Virus record (IMG/VR): IMGVR_UViG_3300016672_000090
Coordinates: 1 to 64,000 of that record
Length of the DNA stretch: 64,000 bases
Reading direction: 5' to 3' (one strand)
Source of the DNA: a virus
Lineage: Duplodnaviria > Caudoviricetes
Below, in pieces: positions 18,743 through 28,539 of the stretch. The notes under the pieces were generated by a model. That model was not told the DNA's origin. It saw nothing but the letters and a program-made list of their open reading frames with translations, and ran no database searches. The stretch's first letter is position 1, and each line of letters opens with the position of its first letter. The translations under genes and the position numbers were made by a program.

Positions 18743-19749
18743 TAGTCCTTGGCTCGCTTGAGCTGGCTCACGAGCTGGGTAGGCAGGCCGCGTAGCGTCA
18801 GCGTACCGCCCGCCTCGTCATATTGGATTTTTGACCCAAGCATGTGGGCATCAAAGCTGATTGAAAGGCCGTCAGTGCGCCCAGTGAAGCGACGGAACTG
18901 GTTGATCGTGCGTTTATCTGCTGGAATTTCAGCCGACAGGCCGTAGTCCTTGTTGCGAATGTGATCAAAGAACGCACGCGGGTTTTCCTCATCGATCAGG
19001 CTTGAAAGCTCTTCAAGGCCCACAGGTTCGCCAATCTTGGTCTGGCTGGTGGCGTAATCGATCAGGGTCTTGGTGCGCTCACGGGCGGATTCTTCGGGCA
19101 GATCCTCGCTTTCAACAAAGTCACTGAACGCCTTGAGTAGCGTGCGCGTCTCACCAGCCCCGTCGATACCTTCCTGACACCCAATGAAGTCCCGAAAGTA
19201 ATCCGTAGCCTTGCGCCCGTTCTTGCCCTTGATGAAGGAAATGTACTGCTTGGATTGCTTGTTGTTCTGCCACTCGGAAATATTGATTCGCGCGGCCAGG
19301 TGCAACTTGCTCAGGTCCAGGTGGCGCGACGGGGTAACGTCCAGGGTATCGGTGACGGTCACGCTATCGCTTTGATGCAGTAGGGCGATGGTCAAGTAAT
19401 CCGTCATGCCCTGCTGATAGTGCGCAAACAGGACATGGCCACCTACCGAAAGGTTGGATTCTTCCATGAGCCTTGTCAGGTGCTCCACCGCCTCACGGCT
19501 GAATGCAGTGAAGTCGTCGGTACCGGCCAGGTACTTGGCCAGCCACCCGCTGAATGGAAATGCGCCAGACTCAGCATGGAAAAAACCCCACGCCTTGCCA
19601 GCCTTCGCGTTGTAGCTCTCGTTCAGTTCCCACAGCAGGTTTTCAGTAGCCGACGACTCTGGCAACTCGGTATCGCGGATATGCAAGATCGCTGGGGTGC
19701 CGTCTGGCTTCTTGTCGATCTGGTGCATGGTCATGTGGCGAACTGGCAT
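18742..19749 (-). CDS. yejK: Nucleoid-associated protein YejK/NdpA
   Basis: MPVRH...[17 protein letters not shown]; [17 protein letters not shown]; [42 protein letters not shown]. Confidence 0.93.
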   Translation of the reverse strand: MPVRHMTMHQIDKKPDGTPAILHIRDTELPESSATENLLWELNESYNAKAGKAWGFFHAESGAFPFSGWLAKYLAGTDDFTAFSREAVEHLTRLMEESNLSVGGHVLFAHYQQGMTDYLTIALLHQSDSVTVTDTLDVTPSRHLDLSKLHLAARINISEWQNNKQSKQYISFIKGKNGRKATDYFRDFIGCQEGIDGAGETRTLLKAFSDFVESEDLPEESARERTKTLIDYATSQTKIGEPVGLEELSSLIDEENPRAFFDHIRNKDYGLSAEIPADKRTINQFRRFTGRTDGLSISFDAHMLGSKIQYDEAGGTLTLRGLPTQLVSQLKRAKD

Positions 19750-19812
19750 GTTGAAGCTCCATTAAACGGCTGGCTATAGGTTGGCCAGCCGTATCGGTTT
19801 TAAATATTTGGG

Positions 19813-20679
19813 TTAGGCGCGGGCTGTTTTGGGCTGGGCACCGGCTTGGCGACGTAGGTACTCGACCGCCATCACTACCGGGAAAATTGCGAACAGCCCG
19901 CCGTCGCACATTTCGTCTTTGTATAAACGCATCGAGCACTCTTCTAGGTAGCTCCACCCGCCACGCTTTCCGTTGCCTACCTGGAACGCGTAAAAGGACA
20001 AGAAGCCGTCTTCGGTTAGGCGGAAATGCGTAATGTGGCGGGCGCTATCCAGCATCTGCTCAAGTCCCGGCAGGTGAGCCAGGGTCAGCTCTCCCGGAAG
20101 TGCTCGATCATCACCAATCAGAATCGGCGGCAAATGGCCTTGGGTTTCGCATTTCCAGCGAACCCATGTGTACGTTTTGACCGGGCCATTGTCGTTAGGG
20201 ATATGGGCGCGCAGCTGCTGCTCTCGGCCACTTGGAGCCCGATGCTTTGGCTGTGTCGTAGCCGGCGGTTTCTTTGGGCGCGGCACCAGCTTTGCGGGGT
20301 CAATCGCTGAGGTGGCGGTAACCACCGGTTCAGGCTTTGGGTTAGGGGTTGGGTCGACCACCGGCGCTGACTCTTGAACCGGCGCTACTGCCTTCACTGG
20401 AATAGGCAGCGACTGCGGGCGGGGTTGGGGCTTCAATAGCTCTGGGCGCTCTTCAAGCTCAAACACGTCAGCCCCATCAGCGCTGTAAACCACTGAGCCA
20501 ATGGTTCGGCCTAGGTCCTGCTGATCCTCTACCCATTGAACCAGCGCCAGCCCGCGCGCCAGCAATAGGTTTAGGCTTTTGTGGCCAACTTGGCTCAGCA
20601 GCAGGTTCACGCGCTCTTGGCTTGCGTCGGACATGCTGAACATGATGTCGTGGCGAACTGGTCCGCTTGGCTGGCTCAT
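19813..20679 (-). CDS. Hypothetical protein
   Basis: 288 aa; possible N-terminal RHH-like region and Pro-rich linker. Confidence 0.6.
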   Translation of the reverse strand: MSQPSGPVRHDIMFSMSDASQERVNLLLSQVGHKSLNLLLARGLALVQWVEDQQDLGRTIGSVVYSADGADVFELEERPELLKPQPRPQSLPIPVKAVAPVQESAPVVDPTPNPKPEPVVTATSAIDPAKLVPRPKKPPATTQPKHRAPSGREQQLRAHIPNDNGPVKTYTWVRWKCETQGHLPPILIGDDRALPGELTLAHLPGLEQMLDSARHITHFRLTEDGFLSFYAFQVGNGKRGGWSYLEECSMRLYKDEMCDGGLFAIFPVVMAVEYLRRQAGAQPKTARA

Positions 20680-21065
20680 GATTCACCCTCACGGTATGCA
20701 GTCTTGAGGAAGTGATCCACGGCGAACGTCACCGAACCGATCTCTATGAAGCGCCCTCCTTCCACAATCAAAGGCTGGCAGCGCTTCAACAGGCGCTCAG
20801 CATGGCGAAGCCGCTCAGCTGTCTCGGCTGCCTGCCTTTCCTTCTCTTCGGAAGTGACAGGGAGAGGACGAACATGCTCCGAGTCGCCCCCCTTAAGAAT
20901 CAGGCGGATCAGATTGCGGCGAGCGCCGGCGTCTGACTTCAAGCACGGCATTTCTGGGGATAAGGCATTGAGGTCGCTGTAAACACCTTCCAGCAGCTCG
21001 CGGGTAATCAGCAGGTAGCTAGCCATTGGCGCGCTCCCGGCCTTTGGCCTGCATTGCGTAATCAT
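20676..21065 (-). CDS. Hypothetical protein
   Basis: About 129 aa coupled ORF. Confidence 0.55.
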   Translation of the reverse strand: MITQCRPKAGSAPMASYLLITRELLEGVYSDLNALSPEMPCLKSDAGARRNLIRLILKGGDSEHVRPLPVTSEEKERQAAETAERLRHAERLLKRCQPLIVEGGRFIEIGSVTFAVDHFLKTAYREGES

Positions 21066-21123
21066 TCATGGGGTGAATCCTTTTCTCTGGCGGAGTAGAG
21101 GCATAATTACACAAAAGCGCTAA

Positions 21124-21163
21124 TGTGTCATTAGTGTTTTGACGCTATAACGCTTTGTAGTTA
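21124..21163. repeat. Phased octamer array
   Basis: tgtgtcat tagtgttt tgacgcta taacgctt tgtagtta; a second array at 21215-21246 (aagcgttt tggcgctc tgccgtta aagagtcg). Confidence 0.6.
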
Positions 21164-21263
21164 TCTCCGCGCTGTCTTGGCCTTCGCTGCGCCAACCCTC
21201 AAACGAAAACGGCAAAGCGTTTTGGCGCTCTGCCGTTAAAGAGTCGTTCACCGGTTTGGACAG

Positions 21264-21890
21264 CTAGGGCGCGTTGCTACCGCCGCACTTGGGACAGTCC
21301 TGGAAGCGCTGGGCGTCCGAGATAAAAACGCCACAGTGGTCGCAGCGGTCGCGCTGAGCCCGATACTTTGTGGGCTTGGCCAGCATAATCCCGGTACCGC
21401 GCAGTGCTTCCTTGTGCTTTACCTTGCCGCTGGCCACAACCTTACGCGCCAGCCCCTCAGCCATTGCCTTGGGGATCGCACGCACACCAGCCCCGCCGGA
21501 ACTACCAACCGACTGAGCTACCGACCCATCATGCTCAGCAGCCTCTGTAAGGTCGTCGCTGTGCTTGCCGTCCATGGTCAGCCATACCAGATCGTTACCG
21601 TTCCAGGCTCCATCGACATACAGATACACCGGCTCAGTTCCATCCAACCGCGCATCCACTTTATCCAGCTCCACGTTCTGGCAATCCACCGCCAGTGTGT
21701 GACGATCCATCAGGTACGCCAGCGGCCAAGGCAGGTCAGACTCCCGACTTTCGTTATGGCTGGTCGCCTGCTCTTTGGTGTAGCGCTGAGCCGCGTCCAG
21801 GTTCGTCGTGTAACCAGCGGCATGCGATGCCCAAAACATCAGGCGGTCACCGGTATTGCTCCGGCTGTCTTGCAATACAAACTCACTCAC
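21264..21890 (-). CDS. Conserved phage protein with C-terminal Zn ribbon
   Basis: LQDSRS..G..FW...GYTTNLD.A..YT; CDHC...CPKC. Confidence 0.7.
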   Translation of the reverse strand: MSEFVLQDSRSNTGDRLMFWASHAAGYTTNLDAAQRYTKEQATSHNESRESDLPWPLAYLMDRHTLAVDCQNVELDKVDARLDGTEPVYLYVDGAWNGNDLVWLTMDGKHSDDLTEAAEHDGSVAQSVGSSGGAGVRAIPKAMAEGLARKVVASGKVKHKEALRGTGIMLAKPTKYRAQRDRCDHCGVFISDAQRFQDCPKCGGSNAP

Positions 21891-22697
21891 AGAAAGCTCC
21901 CTTGCGTTCCCATTGGTGCCTGGCCAATCGCGGCCAATTGTTCGCCGGCAGTCCCCACTCCATGACTGACCTGGGCCTTGCGCCCAGCTTCCGTCCCATG
22001 GAGTGCGTCCAGACCACTGATCTTCATCCTGCGCATGGATGCACTCGGTGTCGGACCTTTGCCATCGGTGAGGTTTGAGATATAGGCCTTTATCAGCTCG
22101 TCGCTCTTGCTCTTGATCGCTATCAGCGAGCGGGTATTGCTCTCGCTTTGCTCAGGATCGTCTTCACCCGTAGGCACGAGTGCTTGAAGCTTTTTTTCTA
22201 CCTGCTGCACCCAGTAGATAGCGAAATGCCCGCCGCGAGCCTTGGCGCTTACGCCGGTGCTAGGAATCTCTCGGCGGTTGATCGCGCCCACATATGCTTT
22301 GCGAGCGGCAACGCATTGGCGGTGCAGGGTGTCATAGGCGTAGCGCGCTATTTCCGGCGCCGGTGCCACGCCGATGAATACAGCGGTTTCTACGCGACAC
22401 AGCTTGGTGCTACTCCAGCTAATGCTCGTGAGCGTTTCACAGTCGAAAACCATAGCCACTACAGATGAAAGTAAGCGCTCCCACTGTTCACGCTTGGTTT
22501 TTTCCTTATCGCTCTTGGACATACCGACATCGCTCAGATTCACCTGTGTCTCAGTCAGGCGATACTTGGACATCAGCGCTTGCGCCTGGCGCATCGCAGT
22601 AGCTGCCTCGTGTTCGTTGGAGCTGGTCGACAGCGCCAGGCAGTGCTTGATCTTGCGAATAACGCGCTCAAGCTCGGTTGGATCGATGTCAGACATG
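21887..22697 (-). CDS. DUF2786-domain protein
   Basis: IRKIKHCLALSTSSNEHEAATAMRQAQALMSKY; ATG 22697. Confidence 0.8.
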
Positions 22698-23084
22698 CTC
22701 AGCCCCTTGCGGCAGTAGGTCGTTTGGCACTTCAAAGAACTGGAGACGGCCACGGTACGGAATAAACGGAATAGGCTTAGGATCACGCAGCACAAATCCC
22801 TTCCGGCCCATGTACCAGGGGGAATCGTGACTGTTCACACTGTCGACCAGCTCTACTGAACCAATGACCCCCATTCGTTCCAGATCCTCGAAACGCGGGA
22901 CACTCATCACGCCAATGGATCGTGCATAACGATAGGCGAATGCGTATTCATCCTTTGTCATGCCTTTCGAAGCATGCACCAGGAAGCGCCCCCGGTGCTT
23001 TGTGTGCCAGGTGCGGTTTTCGATGTCCTTGCCGCCGTGGATGATCAGCCAAGCCCAAGGTTGCTTAATGCTGAGGGCTTTCAT
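22689..23084 (-). CDS. ASCH-domain protein
   Basis: MKALSIKQPWAWLI..GGKDIENR.W.T.HRG..L.HA. Confidence 0.9.
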   Translation of the reverse strand: MKALSIKQPWAWLIIHGGKDIENRTWHTKHRGRFLVHASKGMTKDEYAFAYRYARSIGVMSVPRFEDLERMGVIGSVELVDSVNSHDSPWYMGRKGFVLRDPKPIPFIPYRGRLQFFEVPNDLLPQGAEHV

Positions 23085-23224
23085 GGCTTCACCCGATCAG
23101 CGCTGGGTGTAGGCATGTAGGAACCGCTTGGGCCGCGCCACACGCCATGTCGATCTACGGTGCAGGTACGCCAACTGCCAGCAACGCCGTACTGGGGAGC
23201 AAACCAAACTTGATGAGAAGTCAT
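23081..23224 (-). CDS. 47 aa ORF missing from the ORF track
   Basis: MTSHQVWFAPQYG...ADRVKP; ATGA-coupled at both ends. Confidence 0.55.
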   Translation of the reverse strand: MTSHQVWFAPQYGVAGSWRTCTVDRHGVWRGPSGSYMPTPSADRVKP

Positions 23225-24228
23225 TCCCGCACACCAGCACCGGCAGGCTCTGCCTTTGAAGTCAGATAGGCCAGAGCGCTTCGGAACTGATCGACATACT
23301 GCTCTTGCGTGCTACCCCAGCAGTTCATCAAACATTCATCGTCGGGCTCGCTGCCTGCATCCTCGGGTTCATCACTGGGATCACCCGGCACCATGAAAAA
23401 CTCGCGCTCGATGGCGTGTAGGTAGTCAGAAAATCGCTTTATGTTCTTGAAGTTCTCGATAAGAACCGAAACATCGTGGCTGTAGTCCAGGCCGATTACG
23501 TCATAAACCCTCTGTAATGCGGCATTGGCGCCGCTGAGTACCGGGGCTTTACGATAAAGCGGGCCTTGAGCTTCAATCCATTGCTGAACCTCGCCACCTG
23601 ACCACATTTTTCGCAGCATCGTAGGGAATTGCAGATCTGCCGGGGCCCCTTGGTTCAAGCTCGTTATCAGCAAGTCTCGCTTAAGTCGAACCTGAGCCAC
23701 GATGTCGCAAAGACTGGCCTGCTTTGCGGCGCCAGCCTCACCATTCAGCAGCACGTCCAGTTCACGTACCAGACGGTTATGGTCCATCTGCACGGCGGCT
23801 ACATCAGACATCACCACCCCTGCCAGCGCAGGCTGCTCGACTTGCGGCGGCGCTAGATATACCTCGGCGCTACCGTATTCATCACAGAGGTCGTTAGCTT
23901 CCGGGATTGCATGCAACATCATCCCCGCAAACTCCATCTGTGCTATTCCTCCTTCCAGAAGCCATTCCAGGCGTAAGCCTCCATCGCCGTTGTCGCGCGT
24001 GACGGCTACCGCCTCAATCGTTACCGGCTCGCCCTGGTGCTGGGCGGCTGGCAGCTTTCTATCGTCAGGTACTGGCGGGTAGCCAGGGAATGGAACTGGC
24101 TTATCGAGAAGGGCGCGTAGCTCAACAAGTGCGGCGTCTATCTGCGCATCACGTGATTTGCTCAGCTCGCAGGACTGGCGTATTTCCGTCAGCGGCCGCT
24201 CAACGCTCAACATCGGTTTATTAGTCAT
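23221..24228 (-). CDS. Mosaic phage hypothetical protein
   Basis: ATG 24228 (MTNKPMLSVER); QHQGEPV and FPTMLRKMWSGGEVQ.W modules common in Pseudomonas prophages. Confidence 0.65.
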   Translation of the reverse strand: MTNKPMLSVERPLTEIRQSCELSKSRDAQIDAALVELRALLDKPVPFPGYPPVPDDRKLPAAQHQGEPVTIEAVAVTRDNGDGGLRLEWLLEGGIAQMEFAGMMLHAIPEANDLCDEYGSAEVYLAPPQVEQPALAGVVMSDVAAVQMDHNRLVRELDVLLNGEAGAAKQASLCDIVAQVRLKRDLLITSLNQGAPADLQFPTMLRKMWSGGEVQQWIEAQGPLYRKAPVLSGANAALQRVYDVIGLDYSHDVSVLIENFKNIKRFSDYLHAIEREFFMVPGDPSDEPEDAGSEPDDECLMNCWGSTQEQYVDQFRSALAYLTSKAEPAGAGVRE

Positions 24229-24599
24229 GGCTTGATTCCGTAGATGTCTTTGAGGGGTTCGCAGTGCTGGCGGCAAAGCCATACAACGGGATCCAGCTTG
24301 TGAAACGGCACCTGAAACCCCGTACCAGCCCGCAACGCTGACTCGTCGGCCATATCCTTGTAGCGGTGTGTGACCATCGCCCAGCCTGCTAAAAGGGTCT
24401 TGCACAGGCTGTCGAAATAGCTGTCCGACACCACTGGTGCATCGAGCTTGTAGTAGCGAATGCTGTGCTCCAGGTACTCGCCATATACCGCATTGAGCGC
24501 CCGGCTTTCGGCGCTGGCGACCGGGGCTACAGCTACCGACTTCGGCGCCTTTGCTGGCATAGCAAACATGTCTGGTTGTACTTCGGTGCGGTTACTCAT
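24225..24599 (-). CDS. Stand-alone NAD+-ligase subdomain Ia-like protein
   Basis: YLEHSIRYYKLDAPVVSDSYFDSL matches the LigA Ia motif H.Y.YY.LD.P.ISD..YD.L; no KxDG adenylation domain. Confidence 0.7.
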   Translation of the reverse strand: MSNRTEVQPDMFAMPAKAPKSVAVAPVASAESRALNAVYGEYLEHSIRYYKLDAPVVSDSYFDSLCKTLLAGWAMVTHRYKDMADESALRAGTGFQVPFHKLDPVVWLCRQHCEPLKDIYGIKP

Positions 24600-24855
24600 T
24601 GCCGGCACCAGACGCTAAGGCGTTATGACGCTTTAGAGTTTCGGCGCTTTTCGATCTGTGTGCAGCAGCGGCGGCACGCTCACTCATCGACGGAGGGCCG
24701 AAAGAAGACGCCAGCTCAGCGGTGCGTACCTGGCGCCGCCTGCTGCATAGGTCATGATTGCCTTTGCTGCGAGCGTTCCCACACTCATCACACATGGATT
24801 TCATGGAGATGTGGCCAAACTGTTTGGGGCCTCGGTGAATGCTCATGCTGCACAC
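24592..24855 (-). CDS. Small Cys/His protein
   Basis: CDECG...NH..CS. Confidence 0.55.
   Translation of the reverse strand: MCSMSIHRGPKQFGHISMKSMCDECGNARSKGNHDLCSRRRQVRTAELASSFGPPSMSERAAAAAHRSKSAETLKRHNALASGAGNE
24610..24649. repeat. Phased octamer array (intragenic)
   Basis: agacgcta aggcgtta tgacgctt tagagttt cggcgctt. Confidence 0.6.
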
Positions 24856-25514
24856 TCCAGCCGTGACGCCACGTTGATAATAGGTAGCCGCTGTGCCGCC
24901 TCACGACACAAGCGCATATGTTCGGGTGGATAGCCCCAAATGTTGCCGCCACCTATCTGGCAATCAATCCCGATATAGGCCGGGTCAATCCGCTCACCAC
25001 GTATCACGTAGTTGCGCATCTGCAACACCAGATCGCGCAGCGTGCCTCCATGGCTAAACCCCCTCCATTTACCAACGGCCTTAGCGACGATCATGGTCCC
25101 GCTCTCATCATGCAGAACTACACACTGCTCAAAGCTAAGACGCGCCACGCGGTCATTTTTGCGGGAGTAGAAAAAGCACCGGCCATAGCTGGAAATGACC
25201 TCTATCAGCCGGTTGGCATACTCACAGCGCAACATCTTGGCGAACCGAGTTTTTCCATAATCTACCGCGCCCTCAGCCAGCATGACGGCTACCAGCTTTT
25301 CGCACAGCTCTACATGGGCAGCTTCCAGATCACTATTCCCGGTACTGCTGATAAGCAGTTCGGCAACTGTGCATGTCGGCAAGTGCTTGGCGATTAGGCG
25401 CATCTGGTCAGTAGCAGTGCAAAGGCGCGCATCGAACTCAAAGCGAGGGCTTCCAATCATGGCGCCAGCCCAATCAGGCTTTCCGATGGGCTGAGATAGG
25501 GATTTATCAGTCAT
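24843..25514 (-). CDS. Conserved phage protein
   Basis: N.LI..IS.YGR.FFY...W.GFSHGGTLRDLV...R.Y...G. Confidence 0.7.
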   Translation of the reverse strand: MTDKSLSQPIGKPDWAGAMIGSPRFEFDARLCTATDQMRLIAKHLPTCTVAELLISSTGNSDLEAAHVELCEKLVAVMLAEGAVDYGKTRFAKMLRCEYANRLIEVISSYGRCFFYSRKNDRVARLSFEQCVVLHDESGTMIVAKAVGKWRGFSHGGTLRDLVLQMRNYVIRGERIDPAYIGIDCQIGGGNIWGYPPEHMRLCREAAQRLPIINVASRLECAA

Positions 25515-25515
25515 A

Positions 25516-25872
25516 TCAGTGAACCTCTAGATAGATTGAGCGCCCCGCATAGGGCTCCAGGCGCTTGGCGATCATTGCGGCTACCTGAACAAGACCAGCA
25601 CGAGCGCTTACAGGCGCCTTACCAATAACGCTATTCCCCTCAAGCGATTCGACCAGCAGCGCAATAGTGGTATCGCTTGGGGTGATTGCTTTCCCTGATT
25701 GCAGATCCTCAGTCAGGGCGCGGGCGGTATCTGCCCAGCTTTCCAGATCAAAGTTGGCGGGAGGGTTGAAGTCGTACAGGTCGGCCAGAATTTCAGGGCA
25801 GGCTAGAAAGCGCATGCGGTGCGCTAAAAGATCCGCTGACATCCGGCTGAACATTAGTGGGAGCGAAGGCAT
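25516..25872 (-). CDS. Hypothetical protein
   Basis: 118 aa co-directional ORF. Confidence 0.55.
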   Translation of the reverse strand: MPSLPLMFSRMSADLLAHRMRFLACPEILADLYDFNPPANFDLESWADTARALTEDLQSGKAITPSDTTIALLVESLEGNSVIGKAPVSARAGLVQVAAMIAKRLEPYAGRSIYLEVH

Positions 25873-25964
25873 TGGGTTTTTCTCTGGCGATTTGGTGAAG
25901 ACGCAAGATTATCACCGCGACCTGAATTACATAAGCAATATATTGAATAAAACTTATGTATTCA

Positions 25965-25992
25965 GTACGGGGATAGAAAACTATCCCCGTAC
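25965..25992. promoter_or_regulatory. Perfect 12-bp inverted repeat, operator-like
   Basis: GTACGGGGATAG-aaaa-CTATCCCCGTAC, no U-tract, in an AT-rich intergenic region. Confidence 0.55.
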
Positions 25993-26038
25993 AATACAAA
26001 TCAAAATCCCGCGAACACAGGGAATGTTTCTTTACCTG

Positions 26039-26479
26039 CTAGGCCAGGCCCGAGTGGCCAAAACCAGCAACTCCGCGATCTGAATCAGTGGTGAACGCTT
26101 CCACCTCGACCATTTCAGAGCTGTAAAACGAGGGCGATACACGAGTAATAATCACCAGCTGTGCAATTCTATCCCCCGCCACAAACGATACTGCCTCGTC
26201 ACCGTGGTTGATCAAGATAACCTTGGCCTCACCTTGGTAGCCCCCGTCGATCAGCCCGGCCATTGTGTCGATACCGTGCTTTTCCGCGAGCCCACTACGC
26301 GGCCAGACTTGTGCGCCCTGTTCAGCCAGGAACTCATAGGCGAAGCCAGTAGGGATCGTTACGCGCTTTCCAGGCTCCAGCGTCACCGGGATAGTCGTGC
26401 GCAGGTCATAACCGAAGTCTCGGGCCTTCGTGCGCTCAGGGATTGGCAGGCTGTGGGAGCCGATACGCTTAATGTTCAT
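26039..26479 (-). CDS. dut: dUTPase (trimeric)
   Basis: Motifs GYDL, PRSGLA, GLIDGGYQGE, GDRIAQL, RG..GFGHSG. Confidence 0.93.
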   Translation of the reverse strand: MNIKRIGSHSLPIPERTKARDFGYDLRTTIPVTLEPGKRVTIPTGFAYEFLAEQGAQVWPRSGLAEKHGIDTMAGLIDGGYQGEAKVILINHGDEAVSFVAGDRIAQLVIITRVSPSFYSSEMVEVEAFTTDSDRGVAGFGHSGLA

Positions 26480-26649
26480 TGGTCTGTGCCCTTGTTCGTG
26501 TGGCCCGCCCGGTGCGAGCCATTGAGTGGCTTCTGCCCCTTCGTGAGCGGCCAGAAGATGATTTTTTTACACTCGCTACAGCGCTTTTGGCTGAGCGATT
26601 CCAGCTTGATCAGGTTGGTACTTCCACATCGGCAAGTCTTGGTGCTCAT
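26476..26649 (-). CDS. Small Zn-ribbon protein
   Basis: MSTKTCRCGS...CSECK. Confidence 0.55.
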   Translation of the reverse strand: MSTKTCRCGSTNLIKLESLSQKRCSECKKIIFWPLTKGQKPLNGSHRAGHTNKGTDQ

Positions 26650-27056
26650 CAGGCCGCATCCTCGCTGTATTGTTTGCTTTCGCGCCACTTGGCCAGCAGC
26701 GCATGCACGCCGTCCGGTACAGCACGCCCCGAGGTTTCAACCATCTGCACGCACATCTCTACCAGCTCAATTTCTCGCCCGTATTCCGCGATAAATATGG
26801 ATTTGTTGCCGTGTACCGCCAGCATGTCAGGCCGGGGGCCATACCCTTGCTGGTGGTGGCCAGCACACAGAGGCAGAACATAGAAATGGGCGTGGGGCTT
26901 AGTGCGGCCATCACAGTGGTGAATCGAAACGTGGGCCTGCTCGGAAAAGTCCCGATGGTGTCCGTCCAACATGCAGCAGATGCAGCCGCAAATATCCGCT
27001 ATGTCGTTGAACCATTGGTTTTGGGCTTTGGTTGGGTTTTTACCGGAATGGCGCAT
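26649..27056 (-). CDS. ref: Ref-family recombination-enhancement HNH-like nuclease
   Basis: GCICC...IHHCDGRTKPHAHFYVLPLCAGHHQ pattern of P1 Ref-like proteins. Confidence 0.8.
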   Translation of the reverse strand: MRHSGKNPTKAQNQWFNDIADICGCICCMLDGHHRDFSEQAHVSIHHCDGRTKPHAHFYVLPLCAGHHQQGYGPRPDMLAVHGNKSIFIAEYGREIELVEMCVQMVETSGRAVPDGVHALLAKWRESKQYSEDAA

Positions 27057-27101
27057 GGTTGTTTTCTCTCTGGCGATTGAGTGTTTGGTATTACGGGTTG
27101 A

Positions 27102-28127
27102 TCACTTGGCCGACGCGCTGCGAATCCCTTTAAGGACGCTCAGGGCTGCGGCGCCAGCAGATGCTGGCGCCGGTACGGATTTTCTGGTTTCGCTTGGCTG
27201 TGGCACTGAGGCGCTGGCGCGTTCCGCTTCTCGCACGGCCTCAGATGCCTTGTCCGCTCGCTTTTTGCTTTGCTGGGAGAGAACTGCCTTCGCCTTGTAG
27301 GCTTCGCAGTGCTTCAAAAAGATGGTTACCGGGTGGAACTTGTCGACAACGGACAGGGCCTTCTCATGCTTTACGTAGTGAGTCACTGCGGCGGGTGTTG
27401 CACCCTGGATTCGAACAACAGCCTTGCCCATAAGCCCGGCTACGGTGGAGTTGTAGGTGGGCCATTGCTTGTACTGCTCGTGAAAGGCCAAGGCATAAGC
27501 CCGCCAGGCAGCAAAGATTGTGCTGCCTGGATTGCTTGGGTATTCGTTCGGGTAATCAGGGGGCAGTGTCGTGTCGATATCAGCGCCCTGATCCTGCTCC
27601 GGTTTTGCTGCCGGGGGGGGAGTGATAGGTTTTAATGCTTTTTCAGTACTAATTGAACTTTCAGTACTAGTTAAAGCTCCCGGTTTTGCCGTGCCCGGTG
27701 GGGCCGTTTCCGGCAAACCCGGAACCGGTGGTGGTGTTTTTACCGTTTCCGGCAAATCCGTAAACGGTTGGTCTGGTCCGCTAATAAGACTTGCGGTATA
27801 TGCCGCAGCGGCCTCTAAATCAGGCTCTTCGGATACTTCATAGCTAACCCCCTTGAACTCGCCGCCTACCCGCTTAAACGCGCTGTAGACGTACCCTGCC
27901 ATGCGCAGCTCTTTGAGGATCGCGTACACCTTGTCTCGCCCTGCGGCCTTGCCCAGACAGTTCTTGGTTTGATCTATGAGCCGCTTTACGTTTGCATTCC
28001 AGTTGTCTGGCTTTTGCAGCAGGTAGACCAGCAGGCCACGTGCCTCCCATGACAACCGATCGTCTTCGATGGTGGCTGTAGGCAAGACGTAATATTGAGT
28101 TTTCCGTGCGGCGCGAATGATGCTCAT
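27102..28127 (-). CDS. Phage replication initiator (wHTH), candidate lytic RepL equivalent
   Basis: D.RLSWEARGLLVYLL.KPDNW N-terminal wHTH; internal direct repeats and AT-rich patch. Confidence 0.75.
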   Translation of the reverse strand: MSIIRAARKTQYYVLPTATIEDDRLSWEARGLLVYLLQKPDNWNANVKRLIDQTKNCLGKAAGRDKVYAILKELRMAGYVYSAFKRVGGEFKGVSYEVSEEPDLEAAAAYTASLISGPDQPFTDLPETVKTPPPVPGLPETAPPGTAKPGALTSTESSISTEKALKPITPPPAAKPEQDQGADIDTTLPPDYPNEYPSNPGSTIFAAWRAYALAFHEQYKQWPTYNSTVAGLMGKAVVRIQGATPAAVTHYVKHEKALSVVDKFHPVTIFLKHCEAYKAKAVLSQQSKKRADKASEAVREAERASASVPQPSETRKSVPAPASAGAAALSVLKGIRSASAK

Positions 28128-28539
28128 CGAGCACCCCCTAATAATTGGATGCTGATGGCAAGACGAATTTCGGACACAAACGGGCGCTGAGGATCGCAGT
28201 CAAAAGACCGGCTCAGCGAAGCTCCGTTAGGGAATTCTGGAAGGATGCAGAAAAGTTTGCATATCCCGAGCCTGTGATATACTCGGGACGTCAACAAAGT
28301 AGATCCCCTTGTCGCCATCTACCGATAGCACAGGGCAAGCATGGAATGCTTCTGGATTGGTAAGGTTGTTGTTTCATCTGCTACGTCAAAAAGAACCTAT
28401 TGCCTTGGTCGGGATGCGGTTCTTTTTTTTCGTCTCCTGTTTGGTGGGAGGTAGGCGGATCACCTCAAAGCGGTGTGCTATATACCATAGCTCTCATCAG
28501 ACCGTCTAACATTCAAGACTCCCTATACATTTTTGATTC

